Assembly: GCF_963921235.1 (NCBI RefSeq)
Contig: NC_086097.1
Coordinates: 7,068,001 to 7,132,000 of the forward strand
Direction: 5' to 3'
DNA from: Mobula hypostoma
Lineage: Eukaryota
DNA length: 64,000 nt
Shown: positions 11,213 to 23,108 of the stretch, one piece after another
Layout: every line of letters starts with the position of its first letter
Position numbering within the stretch: position 1 is the stretch's first letter
The notes under the pieces: generated by a model
Seen by the model: only the letters and a program-made list of their open reading frames with translations
Databases searched by the model: none
What the model was told of the DNA's origin: nothing
Position numbers and translations under genes: made by a program

Positions 11213-12733
11213 CTGACAGGACAGAAAGCAGGATTGACGGGGAGTGTAGGAGTTGGTCACTGCTCGAGATTTAACGTGCCACGTTAACAGATCTCTCAAC
11301 CCCGAAACAGACCAAAAAAAGTAGAAACCTGTGATGACATAATAGTTGAAAGGAGGGAGCTTTCAGTACGTGCCGAATTCACGAATAAACAAGTCAATAG
11401 TGTTTGGAGAGGAAACAAGCATTTCTATACAGTGTCCACACAATAATCATCAGAGTCGTACACACTGGCGGGTTTGTTGTCAATAGAATACTCTACGTGT
11501 TAGGAGACCTCACACATCAACGAGAGAGAGCGTGTGACATATAAAGTTGTATCCCGCCGGCGCCTTCCTTAAAATCCCAGTGTCACCCAGTGATCTCCCT
11601 CAAGGCTGGAATACCTCTGTATATCTTTCCACAGATTGACTGCAACAAACCAATCTGTTATTTAATCATAAAGGGAGTTCAAGAAATGTGTTTACATCTC
11701 AATATTTGTGTCCCACTTTAAGACGAGAAAACGGTTCTTGCCCTTTTATCATTTGTTTTAAAACGAAAACGAGCCAATTATAGTGAATAGTGGGGCATTA
11801 AACTGCATTTTAAACCACTATTGTACCAATGCAGTTATCACAGACATCTCTCTGCGCATGGGGCGGGTATGATTGTCACTGAACAAGATTCAAGATTCAA
11901 GATTATTTAATATAATTTCCAGTACACAAATGTAAAGGAGAACGAAATAATCGATACTCCGTATCCAATACAGCACAAAAAAAACACAATAAGATTTAAA
12001 AATCACAACATAAAGCGTAATAAATGTATATACATAGATTGAATTATTTTAATAAAACTATCCTGAATAAGGCAAGGGTTCCGAAGACGGGTAAGTGATC
12101 AAACTTGCATCTATTCGTTAAATACTTGAGTGATTCTGCATTCCGATTCTTTAATTTGGTGTAAAAGTGGACAAATAAGAATTCTTTTTTTGTATATGCA
12201 TCTTCCATGATTGCAAAATGCGAACTGGTCTGGTCTCGATTCTTGAAATAGACAACACAAGCAGATTAGTTATTTGCCTAGCGTCAAGTTAAATTTCGAA
12301 TCGCTCTAGATCTGAAAGCTGAACATCTTTATTTTGCATTTTACATCAAAACACCGCATACAGTGAATTCTGTCAGGAGAGAACCACTTCCTTCCCGTTG
12401 TCGTGTCTGTCGTTTCTAGTTATAAATCTGCATTTCTGAAACGTGTTTGTTTTAGACAGGCAGCGAAAGGGAGTCGGTTTATTTATTTTCCGCCCGCCAG
12501 GGAGTCAGTGTCTTTTTCCGCTCTTCTCGCGGCGCACATCATTTTTCTAAATTAGTTCACCGCTTGTCCCGATAGCCAAGTCTGATCACGCTAGCTGCCC
12601 TGGAACTGTTTTCCCTGATAGACAGCCTATTCGGCCCGTCCAGCCTGCTACGGCGTTTCTTTTTATAGCTTAAACAGCCACTCGCCGTCCACTTAAATAC
12701 ACCTATCACTCGTAGCAAGTGCCAGATTCTCAC

Positions 12734-12863
12734 CACTTTTTGGGTAGGAGCCTTGTTCGCTTTAACCGTGATCATCCTCGGGTTTTGGGACCTTAATTTT
12801 CGACTGCCCCACCGTAGAGAGATGGTATCTACGCCCACCTGGTGCGAGTTCAAAGCTCCGTCT
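12734..12863 (-). other. Candidate exon (or the 3' part of a first exon)
   Basis: Acceptor cgctttctttccag|A at 12863 and donor GTG|GTGAGA at 12734. Lies downstream (minus sense) of the CCAAT pair. Confidence 0.3.
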
Positions 12864-13026
12864 CTGGAAAGAAAGCGCCGGGGGCAGTTCACTTTTTTTT
12901 TACACGGGAGTTCACACTTCTCCGGCGATTGAGAAGTTCATTTGGTTTGGAACGAGTCTTGACTGCAAGATCAGCTCTCGAGCTTTGCCGCGCAACGAAC
13001 CCTTCCAACAACTGAAAATTGTCCCT

Positions 13027-13113
13027 ATTGGATAAAAGATCAAATTGGCGAGGGACTCAGGGCCGGGGTAGGGGTAGGGGTAGGGGTAGGGATAGGGGTG
13101 GGGGTGGGGTGGG
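13027..13113. promoter_or_regulatory. Two CCAAT boxes (minus strand) adjacent to a (GGGGTA)n G-quadruplex-forming run
   Basis: ATTGG at 13027-13031 and 13044-13048. GGGGTAGGGGTAGGGGTAGGGGTAGGGATAGGGGTGGGGGTGGGGTGGG at 13065-13113. Confidence 0.5.
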
Positions 13114-14362
13114 TTGTAAGTAGATAGCGACCAGAATTCGTGCTCTTTGCTTATTTACTTTTCCTCTCCTATTTACTGTTCGCCTACCAGACACTCGGGA
13201 GCTGTAATAAAGACATTTCTTTCAGCCTTTACTTCCCCTGGATCTAAAAGGCTTAACCGTCGTCAAAAAAAAAACGCAACCGCGAAAAAAGGACAGATTT
13301 TTTTAATTGAAACTTTTTTTTAATCGGATCGATTTGAGGACTGTTTTACAGCGGACAATTCAGTAAACAATAAACAACTCTGATAGTTTTAAGATTCCCT
13401 CTACTTTGTAGACCTGCTCTATGTAAAAACACTTATCAAATTTATTTCGGATGACAGGCTTGTCTAAGCAGCTTTTACTTGTATTGTTCTGTTGTCGAGT
13501 GTCTTCGCCGCCGAAAGGTAGTTTTGATTTGCTTTTCGTGGCGGATTTATACGGGGTTAAGCATTGAAATCTGAATTAAGGGAAAACGAGGTTTCTCAGG
13601 TGAAACTCAACCATCCTGTTAAAGGGTCTCGGCCCGTTTCAGTTGACTGTTTATTCATTTCCCTAGATGCCGCCTGACCCGTGAGCTCCTCTCGCATTTT
13701 GTACGTGTTTCTCAGTTGAAAACTGGGGGTTCAGGAGGGAGCGCCGCGTTGGGTAAGTATCTGTGAAAACTCCCTCTCTTTCTTTTTCCAACACGTGAGT
13801 GAAGTATCCCAACCGATAAACACCATGTATATGTTTGCCACGGTCGCGATTGCAGATCGTGAAAGCGATACTAAAGAATTGGAATAGATGGCCATTGTGA
13901 AAATCTTTCGGCGCGGCCGAAATGGAGGGCATCGATAAGCAGAGAGGCAATTAAGAGAGAAAACATCCACGAAAAGATAGGGCGCTTAAGAAAACAGCGA
14001 AGGAGCTAATTGTCAACACGTTTGGCTAGAATTCATGAAACACTGAAGGAGCAGTTAAAACATGTAGCGTAGTTGGGAAAAAATCAGCGAAATCGTGCGC
14101 TTAATCTTGTGATCCGAAAGTGCAAATAAACCCGAAAGTTTGATTAGAAAAGTGTACAGAACGCGTTCGCCTTCCCTGCGTTTAAAGTGAACGTAGTTTA
14201 ACAACCAGCTGCCCGATTTCAGAGTAACTTGGCTTAATACTTTTTTTCTTATGAATGTAGGTTACGCTCGCAGTTTCATCCACAAAGACTGGTAATCCAA
14301 GACCCCCCTCTGCCTTTTTAACGAATTTACAACTTGGGACCATTTACGAGACCAACACCTAC

Positions 14363-14480
14363 CTCAATTCTGGCCGCTTCTGCACTCGCCAGTCACACAG
14401 AGAACCATTTTACTCCGCTGAGGAGGACAACCTGTTGAATTCTTGGGAACTCAAGTTTAAGCAGTCCTGTACTCCTGAGT
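14363..14480 (-). other. Candidate non-coding exon (118 nt)
   Basis: Acceptor ttttcatatttcag|A and donor GAG|GTAGGT, with stops in all three frames. A further donor CAG|GTGAGA lies at 15056. Confidence 0.3.
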
Positions 14481-15919
14481 CTGAAATATGAAAACGCCCA
14501 CTTGCTGATCTCACCGGCTCCTGAACGTAATTTAACTCTTCCCGGCCATTCGCTGAGCGCGGCGTGTTTAGATTTTGGTGCTGAATTCGCAGGTGGAGTC
14601 GCGTTACTGCGTTGAGAATGTTTTAGTTCGATGTTAAAAAAAAAGACAGCGTTGTACCTTAAAGCACGTAAGGAGAAATCGCCTATGTTAGAATAATCAT
14701 CACAAATCCCCTTTCTCTCCCTCTGGTCAGTAAACATTGCACAATAGTCCTGATGAAAGTGCTCGGCTCCAACCATCAAATAGTCATTCTTTTCCATAGA
14801 TGCTGTTTGACCTGCTGAGTTCCTCCAGCATTTTGTGTGTACTACAAGAATTTGTAAGTGCGCGTTGGCAGCTTACAAGCCGGGTCATTTAAAGCAACTT
14901 TAAACATTCGACTACTGCCTTAGCATTGTGAGAGTGTGTTCGCTTTGGTGGGTGGGGGGTGGCAGGCGCGAAGCATTCTTCAACTCTGTTCAGACTCTGG
15001 AGGAGAGGTGCAGGAAAGAGTGGGGCTGCTGTATCCCAGGGAGAGAAATTCTCACCTGATGTGAATGAAAGGTGACACGCTCGCTCAATTGGACTGACGC
15101 CAGATGTCAAGCCAAGCATGTTTGGCACTTAGTTGACTCTCTTTGCTTCTTAAAAGTACTTCAGTGGCTGTTAACCACTTCGGCATTACGCGAACACACG
15201 CCTTTCTTTTTCCTGCGCCTCGCTACTTGATCTCACTTTTTTTTTGGTTTCAGTGTTTTGTCAGTTTCCTTTTTGGAAGCCAGTGGTTCATTCTGCTAAC
15301 TTGGTTCTTTTTTTCGTACCGACAAAAAGGAACAGCTGTTAATCTGCTTGGAAATCAACAGATTAACAACTACATTAAAATAACACTCTCACAAAAAAAA
15401 ACTGTGTGAGGGAAGAGCTCTACCAGAGAAAAATAAATCCCATAATATCCCTGGAATGGCCTCAAGCCATTTTATGGAAGTAGCCGTTTCTACAGCACGG
15501 AAATAAGCCCTTGACTCATCTCGTCTGTGCCAAATATTAATCAGCCTACTCCCATTGACCTGCACCCGGACCTCAAACCCCACCCATCCATGTACCTATC
15601 TAGACTTCTCTTCAAACCCTCATCCACCACTCGCGCTGGAAGCTGGTTCCACAATCTCACCATGCTCCGAGTGAAAAAGTTCCCCCTCATATTTCACTTA
15701 AACAAACCCTTAACCTACAACCTCTGTCAGTCCCATCCAACCTCAGCGGAAAAAGCCTGCTTGCACTTACCCTATCTATACCCCTCGTAATGTTGTGTAC
15801 CTCCGTCAAATCTCCCCTCTTTTTGTGTCAGTCTGTCTAGATGCACTGACCATCAACGGAACATCAGCAGCCAACAGTGGAACATCCGTCCTGATACAGA
15901 GTTTCGGCCTGAAATACGT

Positions 15920-16160
15920 GGGTGGCATGGTAGGGTAGTGGTTAGCACAATGCTTTACAGTGCAGGTGATCCAGTTCAATTCCTGGCCTTGCCACTTTCT
16001 CCCCGTTATCATGTGGACGGGTTTCCGGGTGCTCGGCTTTCCTCCCATATTCCAAAGGCGGACCAGTTAGTAGGTTAGTTGTGTACTGTAAGTCCTCCCA
16101 CCAGGTGCAGTTCGGAGGTCCAGAAGGGCCTATTGCAGCTCAATACGTAGTTAAATAAAT
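15920..16160 (+). mobile_element. tRNA-headed V-domain SINE (HE1-like); other copies at about 17400-17580, 20937-21210, 51975-52130 (minus), 60958-61220 and 61320-61608
   Basis: A-box-like GGTAGNGTAGTGG and B-box-like GTTCAATTCC. V-domain TTCTCCCCGT...GGGTTTCC...TTTCCTCCCA and an AATAAAT tail. Confidence 0.8.
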
Positions 16161-18373
16161 GTCTACTGTTTCTTCCACAGATGCTGCTCGAGCCATGGAG
16201 TTCCTCCAGATTCCAGTGTCGGGCATCTCGAATGGGTCAAGAGTGGCGCATGAGTAATAAAGGAGGTGGAATTGCTACCGCTCTGATGTCACACATAATA
16301 CCTGACTTCAGGTGAGAGGTCTTTGGTAGATGCCAGAAAACATGAAGTGATATACTTTGAACGCATTTCTACTTGTGTTTTTCTGCTGTATTTTCATTGT
16401 TCAATGCACACGCTGGATTTCTCTACGCACTGAATCTGGATGTAGTCCACATTATTCCGCGTCTGGTAATCATGAGGTAAGGCGTATCATCCTGGAAATG
16501 CTCAGAATGCCAGTTAGCATCTGCCCAATGAGAAGCAGAGTTAATGTTTCAAACTATGTTTTGTATGAACTTGGAAAAAATAAAGTAATCTTAAAGTTGC
16601 AAAGACTGTTGGAGGCTAGGTCAAGAAATCCAGTAACTAAGACTACAAGACACAAAGTTCAAAGTAAATTTTATTATCAGTATACAGTACATAATGTCAG
16701 CACATACAACTCTGAGATACATTTTGCAAATCTGTAGAATAATGGGGTCAATGAAAGATCAAGTGAAGAGCTGAAGACAACAAATGTGCAATGCAAATAT
16801 AAATAAATAGTAATAAATAACAAGAGCATGAAATAACAAGATAAAGAGTCCTTAAAATGAGATCTTTGGCATGGGAACATCTCAATGGATGGGCAAGTGA
16901 GTGTAGTTATCCCCTTTTGTTCAAGAGCTTGATGGTCGAGGGGTTGTAACCATTCTTGAACCTGTGGTGCAAGTCCTGAGGGTCGTGTGCCTTCTACCTG
17001 ATAGCAGCAGCAAGAAAAATGCATGGCCTAGACCGTGAGGAACTCTGACGATGGATGCTGCTTTCCTACGACAGCGTTTCACGTAGATGTGTTTAATGAT
17101 TGTACTGGGTTGTATCCATTACATTCTGTGGGATTTTTCTATTCACAGCCATTGGTGTTTCCATAGCAGGCTGTAATGCAGCCAGTCAGTACACCCTCCA
17201 CCACACATCTATAGAAGTTTGTCAAAGTTCCTGATGTCATGCCTTATCTCTGCAGACAGGAGCAGAACTAGGCCACTCTGCCCATTGAGTCTGCTCTGCT
17301 ATTCCAGCATAGTTGATTCATTAACACTTTCAACACAATTTCCTTGCCTTCTTTCAATAACTTTTGATTAAGTTCAAATGGAAGCATCATCATCGTCATT
17401 TACTGTGTGGGTTTCTTCCAGGTGCTCCAGTTTCCTCCCACAGTCCAAAGATGTACGTTTGCTAGGTTAATAGGGCATTGTAAATTGTCCTGTAATTCGG
17501 CTAAGAATAAATCAGGGGATTTCTGGGTGGTGTGGCTTGAAGGGCTGTAAGTACCTATTCCATGCTGTTTCTTAATAAATTTTTAAACATGTGCCCTGTC
17601 ATATTTACGTGGATGATCATGATCTTGCCCATGACCATCATTGTTCTTGGAAAATTTTTCTACAGAAGTGGTTTGCCATTGCTATCTTCTGGGCAGTGTC
17701 TTTACAAGCCAGGTGGCCCTAGGTTTTATCAATACTCTTCAGAGATTTTCTGCCAGGTGTCACTGGTCACATAACCAGGATTTGTGATGTACACCGGCTG
17801 CTCATACGACCGTCCACCATCTGCTCCCATGGCTTCACGTGACCCTGATCAGGGTGTGAGGCTAAGCAGATGCTACGCCTTGCCCAAGGGTGATCTGCAG
17901 GTTAGCAGAGGGAAGGAATACCTTACACTTTATTTGGTAGAGACATATCTCCACTCCGCCACCCAAATGGAAGACATGAGTGATAAGCTGACAAAAGAAA
18001 GATAGAACTACGTGAAAGAGAATGGTACAGATTCAGTGATTAATAAAAAGTAACTTTGGAGGAGATGTATGTATTTTGTATATGAAAATGCTGAGAAACT
18101 GAAATTAAAACAGTAAATAAAATTATAATAATATTAAATTTATAGAGCACTTTTCATACAGATTATGTAGTTCAAAGTGCTTTACAATGGGATAAAGTTA
18201 AAACATGAAAATAAAAGACAGAAATATATTAGTCAAAAGGGAGGTTAAATAAATAAGTTTTGAGCTGGCATTTAAAAGTGCTGGAAACACTCAGCAGGTC
18301 AGACCTCATTCTCGAAAAGAAGAACAGAGTTATCATTTCATGCTGATGACCTTTCATCCAGCAGGGTGGCATG

Positions 18374-20936
18374 CAGGGCTGGATTTAGTGGGGCCAGGGC
18401 CCCTGGGCTGAAGACCCTGATGGGCCCCTGCCGACACCGTAAAATGTTGCTGTACCAACCAAAAAAAGGCAAGAACAAGAGCAAAGGTTGTACTGGTCTA
18501 AATATCAATGCTGTGGACCAAGTCATTGGTTTAGTACAATACACAGGCTATAAACTTACAGACCTTAAGAGGGAGGACAGAAAGTAATGCAGATTCTTAG
18601 TTTGAAGGACAGCATCTAAAGCACTCAAAAATTGACCTAGGCTTAGTTGGCTTAGTAAAGTTATGAGGGAGACGAAGTATGATGTACCCAATCTTAAATC
18701 TTTATTTAGCTATTGCTGCACAGACCATAGGCCTTATTTCTCAAACAACGCCAAAGCATTTTTATCTAGGTATTTTTCTCAGCTGTGTGTTCTGAGAATG
18801 TAAAATGGAAATGAGAGACAAAAAGGCCAAGAGAGATGGCACTATGGCAAACTAGGAAACTTGACAATACTCCAACAATCTTTTTGAAAAATGAGATCTA
18901 GCACATACTAACCTATTGCTGCACTGTGTGGCTTGCAGAGTAAAGAGCACTTATTACTTACTAGGTTTGTAAACAGTCAACTATTAGCCTATTGCCACAA
19001 AAATAGGAACAGCACTGACACACAAGCCTAGATATTTACAAAGTCAGATGCTAGTTTTTCAAAATTAAAGCCTAGTTCTTCTGGATTTCTTCACAGCAAA
19101 GTCCTTGATCAGATCACTAAAATCCAGTGTCTGAACAAGATCACTTTCAAGTGACATCAGAGTAAGATGATTCAGCCTGTCCTGTCCCATTGTGGATCTG
19201 AGCCTGTTCTTCACTAGCTTGAGCTTGGAGAAAGATCACTCACCACTTGCATTTGTGACAGGGAGAGTCAAGTCAAGCCTCAAAGCAATGCTTACATTTG
19301 GGAAGATGACCTGCAAGTTTTTTTCTTTGAGGAAGCATTAAAGCTCTGTAGCGGATGAAATATTTTTGCCACTTACAAATTCCCTGAAATGGACAATCTC
19401 CTCCACAAAGTCTAACTCCAGGTCAGCTGAGTATCTGCTTTGGAGATCAGATGCTCTCTTGCGCAAATCTTGTACAGAGGGAGAATGGATATTGATTAGG
19501 ATGCCAAAGTGTGTTGTTAAGGTAATTATATGATGCAAATCTGCAATCAATTTCTGCAAGTAATCTATCCATCACAACCAAAAAAAACAGTAGCTGAGAA
19601 TTTTTCTCTGGCTGTGAAGCCAACATCAGGTGTTGTTGACTCACCCAGAAAGGCTTTACATTTTCTTTGTTGTTGGGTGTCTTCTTTGTACACTTGTGAG
19701 ACTGTTGGAGACATAGTTTTAGCTTGGGTTTCAAAAGTATCAAATTGATCACGCAGGCTTGCTATGTATCCCCATAGTGATCTCACCAAATCCCCAGTAT
19801 TACACAGGTCTAGATTTACAGCTTGCATTGCAACACTTGCACTTTCAAAGCGCTGATGAATGCAATGCCACAATTTGCTCAGAAAAGCTATATCAAGCTT
19901 GTCCATTTTTTACCTCTAGAATGCCCATGTAGTTGCCATTATCAGGCCTGCCAAATAGGTCACTGGAGCCTCGGATAGCCAGTCCCCTCTTGACCAAAAA
20001 CTTCACAACCACCACCACTCTTCTCAATACGTCGGTCCAGTAGACACACTCTGATTTGAACTGTTTTTGCAGTTCTGTATCTATTCTTCCGCTGTCAGAT
20101 GCCAGTGTAATGTAGGTCAGTATCGTTTTCCTGTGGTGTTCGCTATTTTCATGCTCTCCTATGCGCTCAGCGGCATGTTTCCAGTCGCTAAAGCCAGATT
20201 CGAAGATGGACTGACAGTTACCATCACTGAAGATGCGGCATGCAAAACAAAACACACAGCCGGTGGAAGGGGAATATAAGAGCCATTACCTTGACATGTA
20301 CTCACCATTTACAAGCTTGCATTTGAAGTGAAATTTGGAGGAAAAAATCGTCTCTGCTGTTTGTATACTCATTCCAAAGCTTTGATATCCACATCCTTAT
20401 TCTGGCAGGACTCCGGCCCTTTCTTAGCCCAGTACGCTCGGACTGAATCATCTAACGTTTCCTTTCCCCAGCGAGCAGGATCAGTGCTGTAAGGATCCTC
20501 AGTAGCGGTAACATTAACATTAATGGCGGCCCGACTTTGTTGTTCGGAGGCCTCTGTGGTTGTGAATCCCAAAGTCATGCTCTCTGCCTCTTCAACGTTA
20601 GCTGCTGACCTGGCAAGGACGGTGGTCTTGTGCTAACGCTGGTGTTAGCACTAGCTGTTGAACAAGTCTCCATTTGTCCACCGGTCTCAGACTGTGAAAA
20701 GAGCAATGGTACTGCTGCATCATTGAGAACAGGTTTTAAAAATTCTGTCACTTGCAATGTCTTTTTTAATGCTTCTTTCTCACGGTCCTCTTTTTCTTGT
20801 TTCTTTTTTCTTCTCTGTGCTCCACTCTCATATTTTTCTTTGTCCGCCATGATGATAGCTCCCTATTTTGGGCCCCTCTGTAGCTCTGGCCCCCTGGGCT
20901 GCAGCCCAGCCTAGCCCTACCTAGAGTCCGGCCCTG
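18374..20936 (-). mobile_element. hAT DNA transposon (ZMYM1/Tip100-like transposase), internally deleted
   Basis: TIRs CAGGGCTGGAT / CAGGGCCGGAC. Perfect 8-bp TSD GTGGCATG at 18366-18373 and 20937-20944. GGGCCCC subterminal motifs. Confidence 0.9.
19065..20850 (-). pseudogene. hAT transposase pseudogene
   Basis: N-terminus KYESGAQRRKKK, TTF-type zinc finger FCFACRIF...GFSDWKH...HENSEHH, and a DUF4371-like GLAIRGSS...NGNYMGILE. C-terminal dimerisation motif LTLPVTNASGE*SFSKLKLVKNRLRSTMGQDRLNHL. Frameshifts, stops and loss of the catalytic middle near 19912. Confidence 0.85.
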
Positions 20937-21632
20937 GTGGCATGGTAGCATGGTGGTTAGCACAAGGATTTATATTACCGGCAACCTGCAATCACTTCTC
21001 ACTGCTGTCTATAAGGAGTTTGTATGTTCTCCCTGTGACCATGTAGGTTTCCTCCAGGTGCTCCAGTTTCCCGCCACAGTCCAAAGATGTACTGGTTGGT
21101 AGGTTAATTGGTCATTGTGAATTGTTCTGTAATTGGGCTAGGGTTAAATTGGTGGTTTGCTCGAAGGGGCGGAAGGGCCTATTCCGCACTGTATCTCAAT
21201 AAATAAAAATATAATTTAAAAAGTTGAATAGGACAGAATGAATAAACAGGCAGCGTAGAATGCAAACAGGCAGTGAAATGTTGCTATGTCCAAGTTTCAA
21301 CCAATAGGACGATGGAATGAATGGAGTTAAATACTCACAATGAAATAATCGTTTGCTGGCACATGCATATTCATGAGCGCAATTGCCGTATTTGCTGTGC
21401 TGCTAAATCCGTGGTTGTGACAAATCATGTCTGTGCGACTAAGTACAGCTCTAGCGCCATATTTATGTTTTCTGAACGTGGTGGCCCATGATGTTGTGCT
21501 GAATTATTTAAGATAATGATGCCTAATTAATCTGATATCTCCTGCCTAGCTATTATTCATACCCCATCTTTTCTTGCACATTTACTTGCCTATCTAAAAG
21601 CCGTTTAAGCTTTCAGTCGACACTCCACCATT

Positions 21633-22172
21633 GTCACGATGTATGCTGGTTATGTTGGAACCCAAATGGGGAGGAAAGTCAGATTCCAATGTAGAAACGG
21701 CAACCAGAATTTATTCGTGAGAATTCCAGTATTACATTGCTGGCTCGGCTGAGTGACACCACAGGATGTAACGTGCTCCAAACTAGGACCCCTCTATTAG
21801 TGCTCATCGGGCATCCACTTAAGTAATGCAAGTAACATGGAATCATCAAACCTTTCAAAAAAAAATTAACAAGTCTGAACAGAAAGCAGCAGATGCCCAG
21901 ATTACAATAAGCGAATTGCTTGAGATAAAAACACAAGGAACTGAAAACGATTATCAACTCACATTAAATGACAATTAACCAATTCAAGTGCAGTAAAAAC
22001 CTCTGACCCAATGCTCTCTTGCTCCTACACAGGCCCGAAGAGCTCATTACAACCATTCATGCCTAGCCGATTTCCTGTAGTAATTTCATGACATGTATCT
22101 CTGTATGGGCTGTGTCTATTGCAACCAGTACAATACAAAGGCAGACTTTAAGGCTCACACGGGGGATGTGAC
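21633..22172 (-). mobile_element. LTR-like element
   Basis: TGTCAC...GTGAC ends, with minus-strand AATAAA near 21710 and a U5-like ATTTGGGTTC. No clear TSD. Confidence 0.35.
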
Positions 22173-23108
22173 TGGGAAATCATTGGGTATATTTAAAGCG
22201 GAGGTTGTTAGGTTCTTGATTAGACAGGGCATTAAAGGTTACGGGGAGAACGTAGGAGAATGGGGTTGAGAGGGAATATAAATTAGCCATGATGGAATGG
22301 CAGAGCAAATTTGATGGGCTGAATGGCCTAATTCTGCTCCTATTTCTTAGGATCTTATGGGAAGTAGTGTGACAAGCCAACATATTGATGCATTAATAGT
22401 TAAATAAATTAGCAATGAATATGTACAGATAATTCAATAACAAAGATGAAATTAAAATAAACCTGACAGAAAATATATCAATGTTTACAACCTAGGGTCT
22501 ATGATGTCATTTTCTTAAGTCTTGTTTAAATATCACAATGTCCCTACCCATTCATGGATATCTGCAGTCAGATTTGATCTTTGCATAATAAAATGAGCAA
22601 TATCTATTCAGTATCAACATACATCTCTTCCAACAAAGTTAATAGACAATCAATTGACTTGGATCAAAGTCAATATTGTCCCCTGATTCTGAAGACTTTA
22701 TCTGATCAAGATAAATGTGTTTGGAGTAGGTGTTGTGCTTTTAGGTGATTATCTGTAGTTTGGATGGGGGAATCTTTATTGCAGAGATAAAGATTGGTGA
22801 TCTGCCAAACAGACGGCAATGAAGGATGGGAGAAGGCGTGGCTAAAGGTAAAGGGAATTACATAGCAAAGGAAGATGCAGTTCACCAGTAAAATACCTCC
22901 ACCTTACACAGCATGAGTATTGATCATAGAAGTGCTTGTGCTTGTCAGAGAAGGTACCAAAGGAGACACACCGTGTGAGGACAACAGCAGTTCTTTGTGC
23001 TTAAGAAACTGCTGAAATGTTCTACTTTCTTTTGATCTTGGCCTACACTTTCCATGATGTTGTTAGCATGATGTATTTACCAAATTCAAATACATCACGC
23101 CCTTTGTA

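Larger units (their letters stand above)
10990..15300. promoter_or_regulatory. CpG-rich, repeat-poor island; likely promoter or first-exon region
   Basis: CpG dinucleotides are visibly much denser than in the rest of the window and few TEs are present. Contains two CCAAT boxes, a G-run and an AACCACTTCCT RUNX/ETS-like composite near 12383. Confidence 0.55.

Noticed and set aside
11630..11652. Recombination signal sequence (CACAGAT...ACAAACC)
   Set aside because: The spacer is neither 12 nor 23 nt and no V, D or J segment is adjacent.
12557..12892. 111-aa minus-strand ORF in the CpG island as a protein-coding gene
   Set aside because: Non-ATG start and no recognisable domain. GC-rich DNA readily gives such ORFs.
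13451..13517. Plus-strand signal-peptide-like first exon MTGLSKQLLLVLFCCRVSSPPK
   Set aside because: Weak donor (AAG|GTAGTT), poor Kozak context, and no downstream coding exon identifiable.
15920..15990. tRNA gene suggested by A/B boxes (also at 20937, 60958 and 61320)
   Set aside because: No complete cloverleaf. The sequence continues into a V-domain and LINE-like tail, so these are SINE heads.
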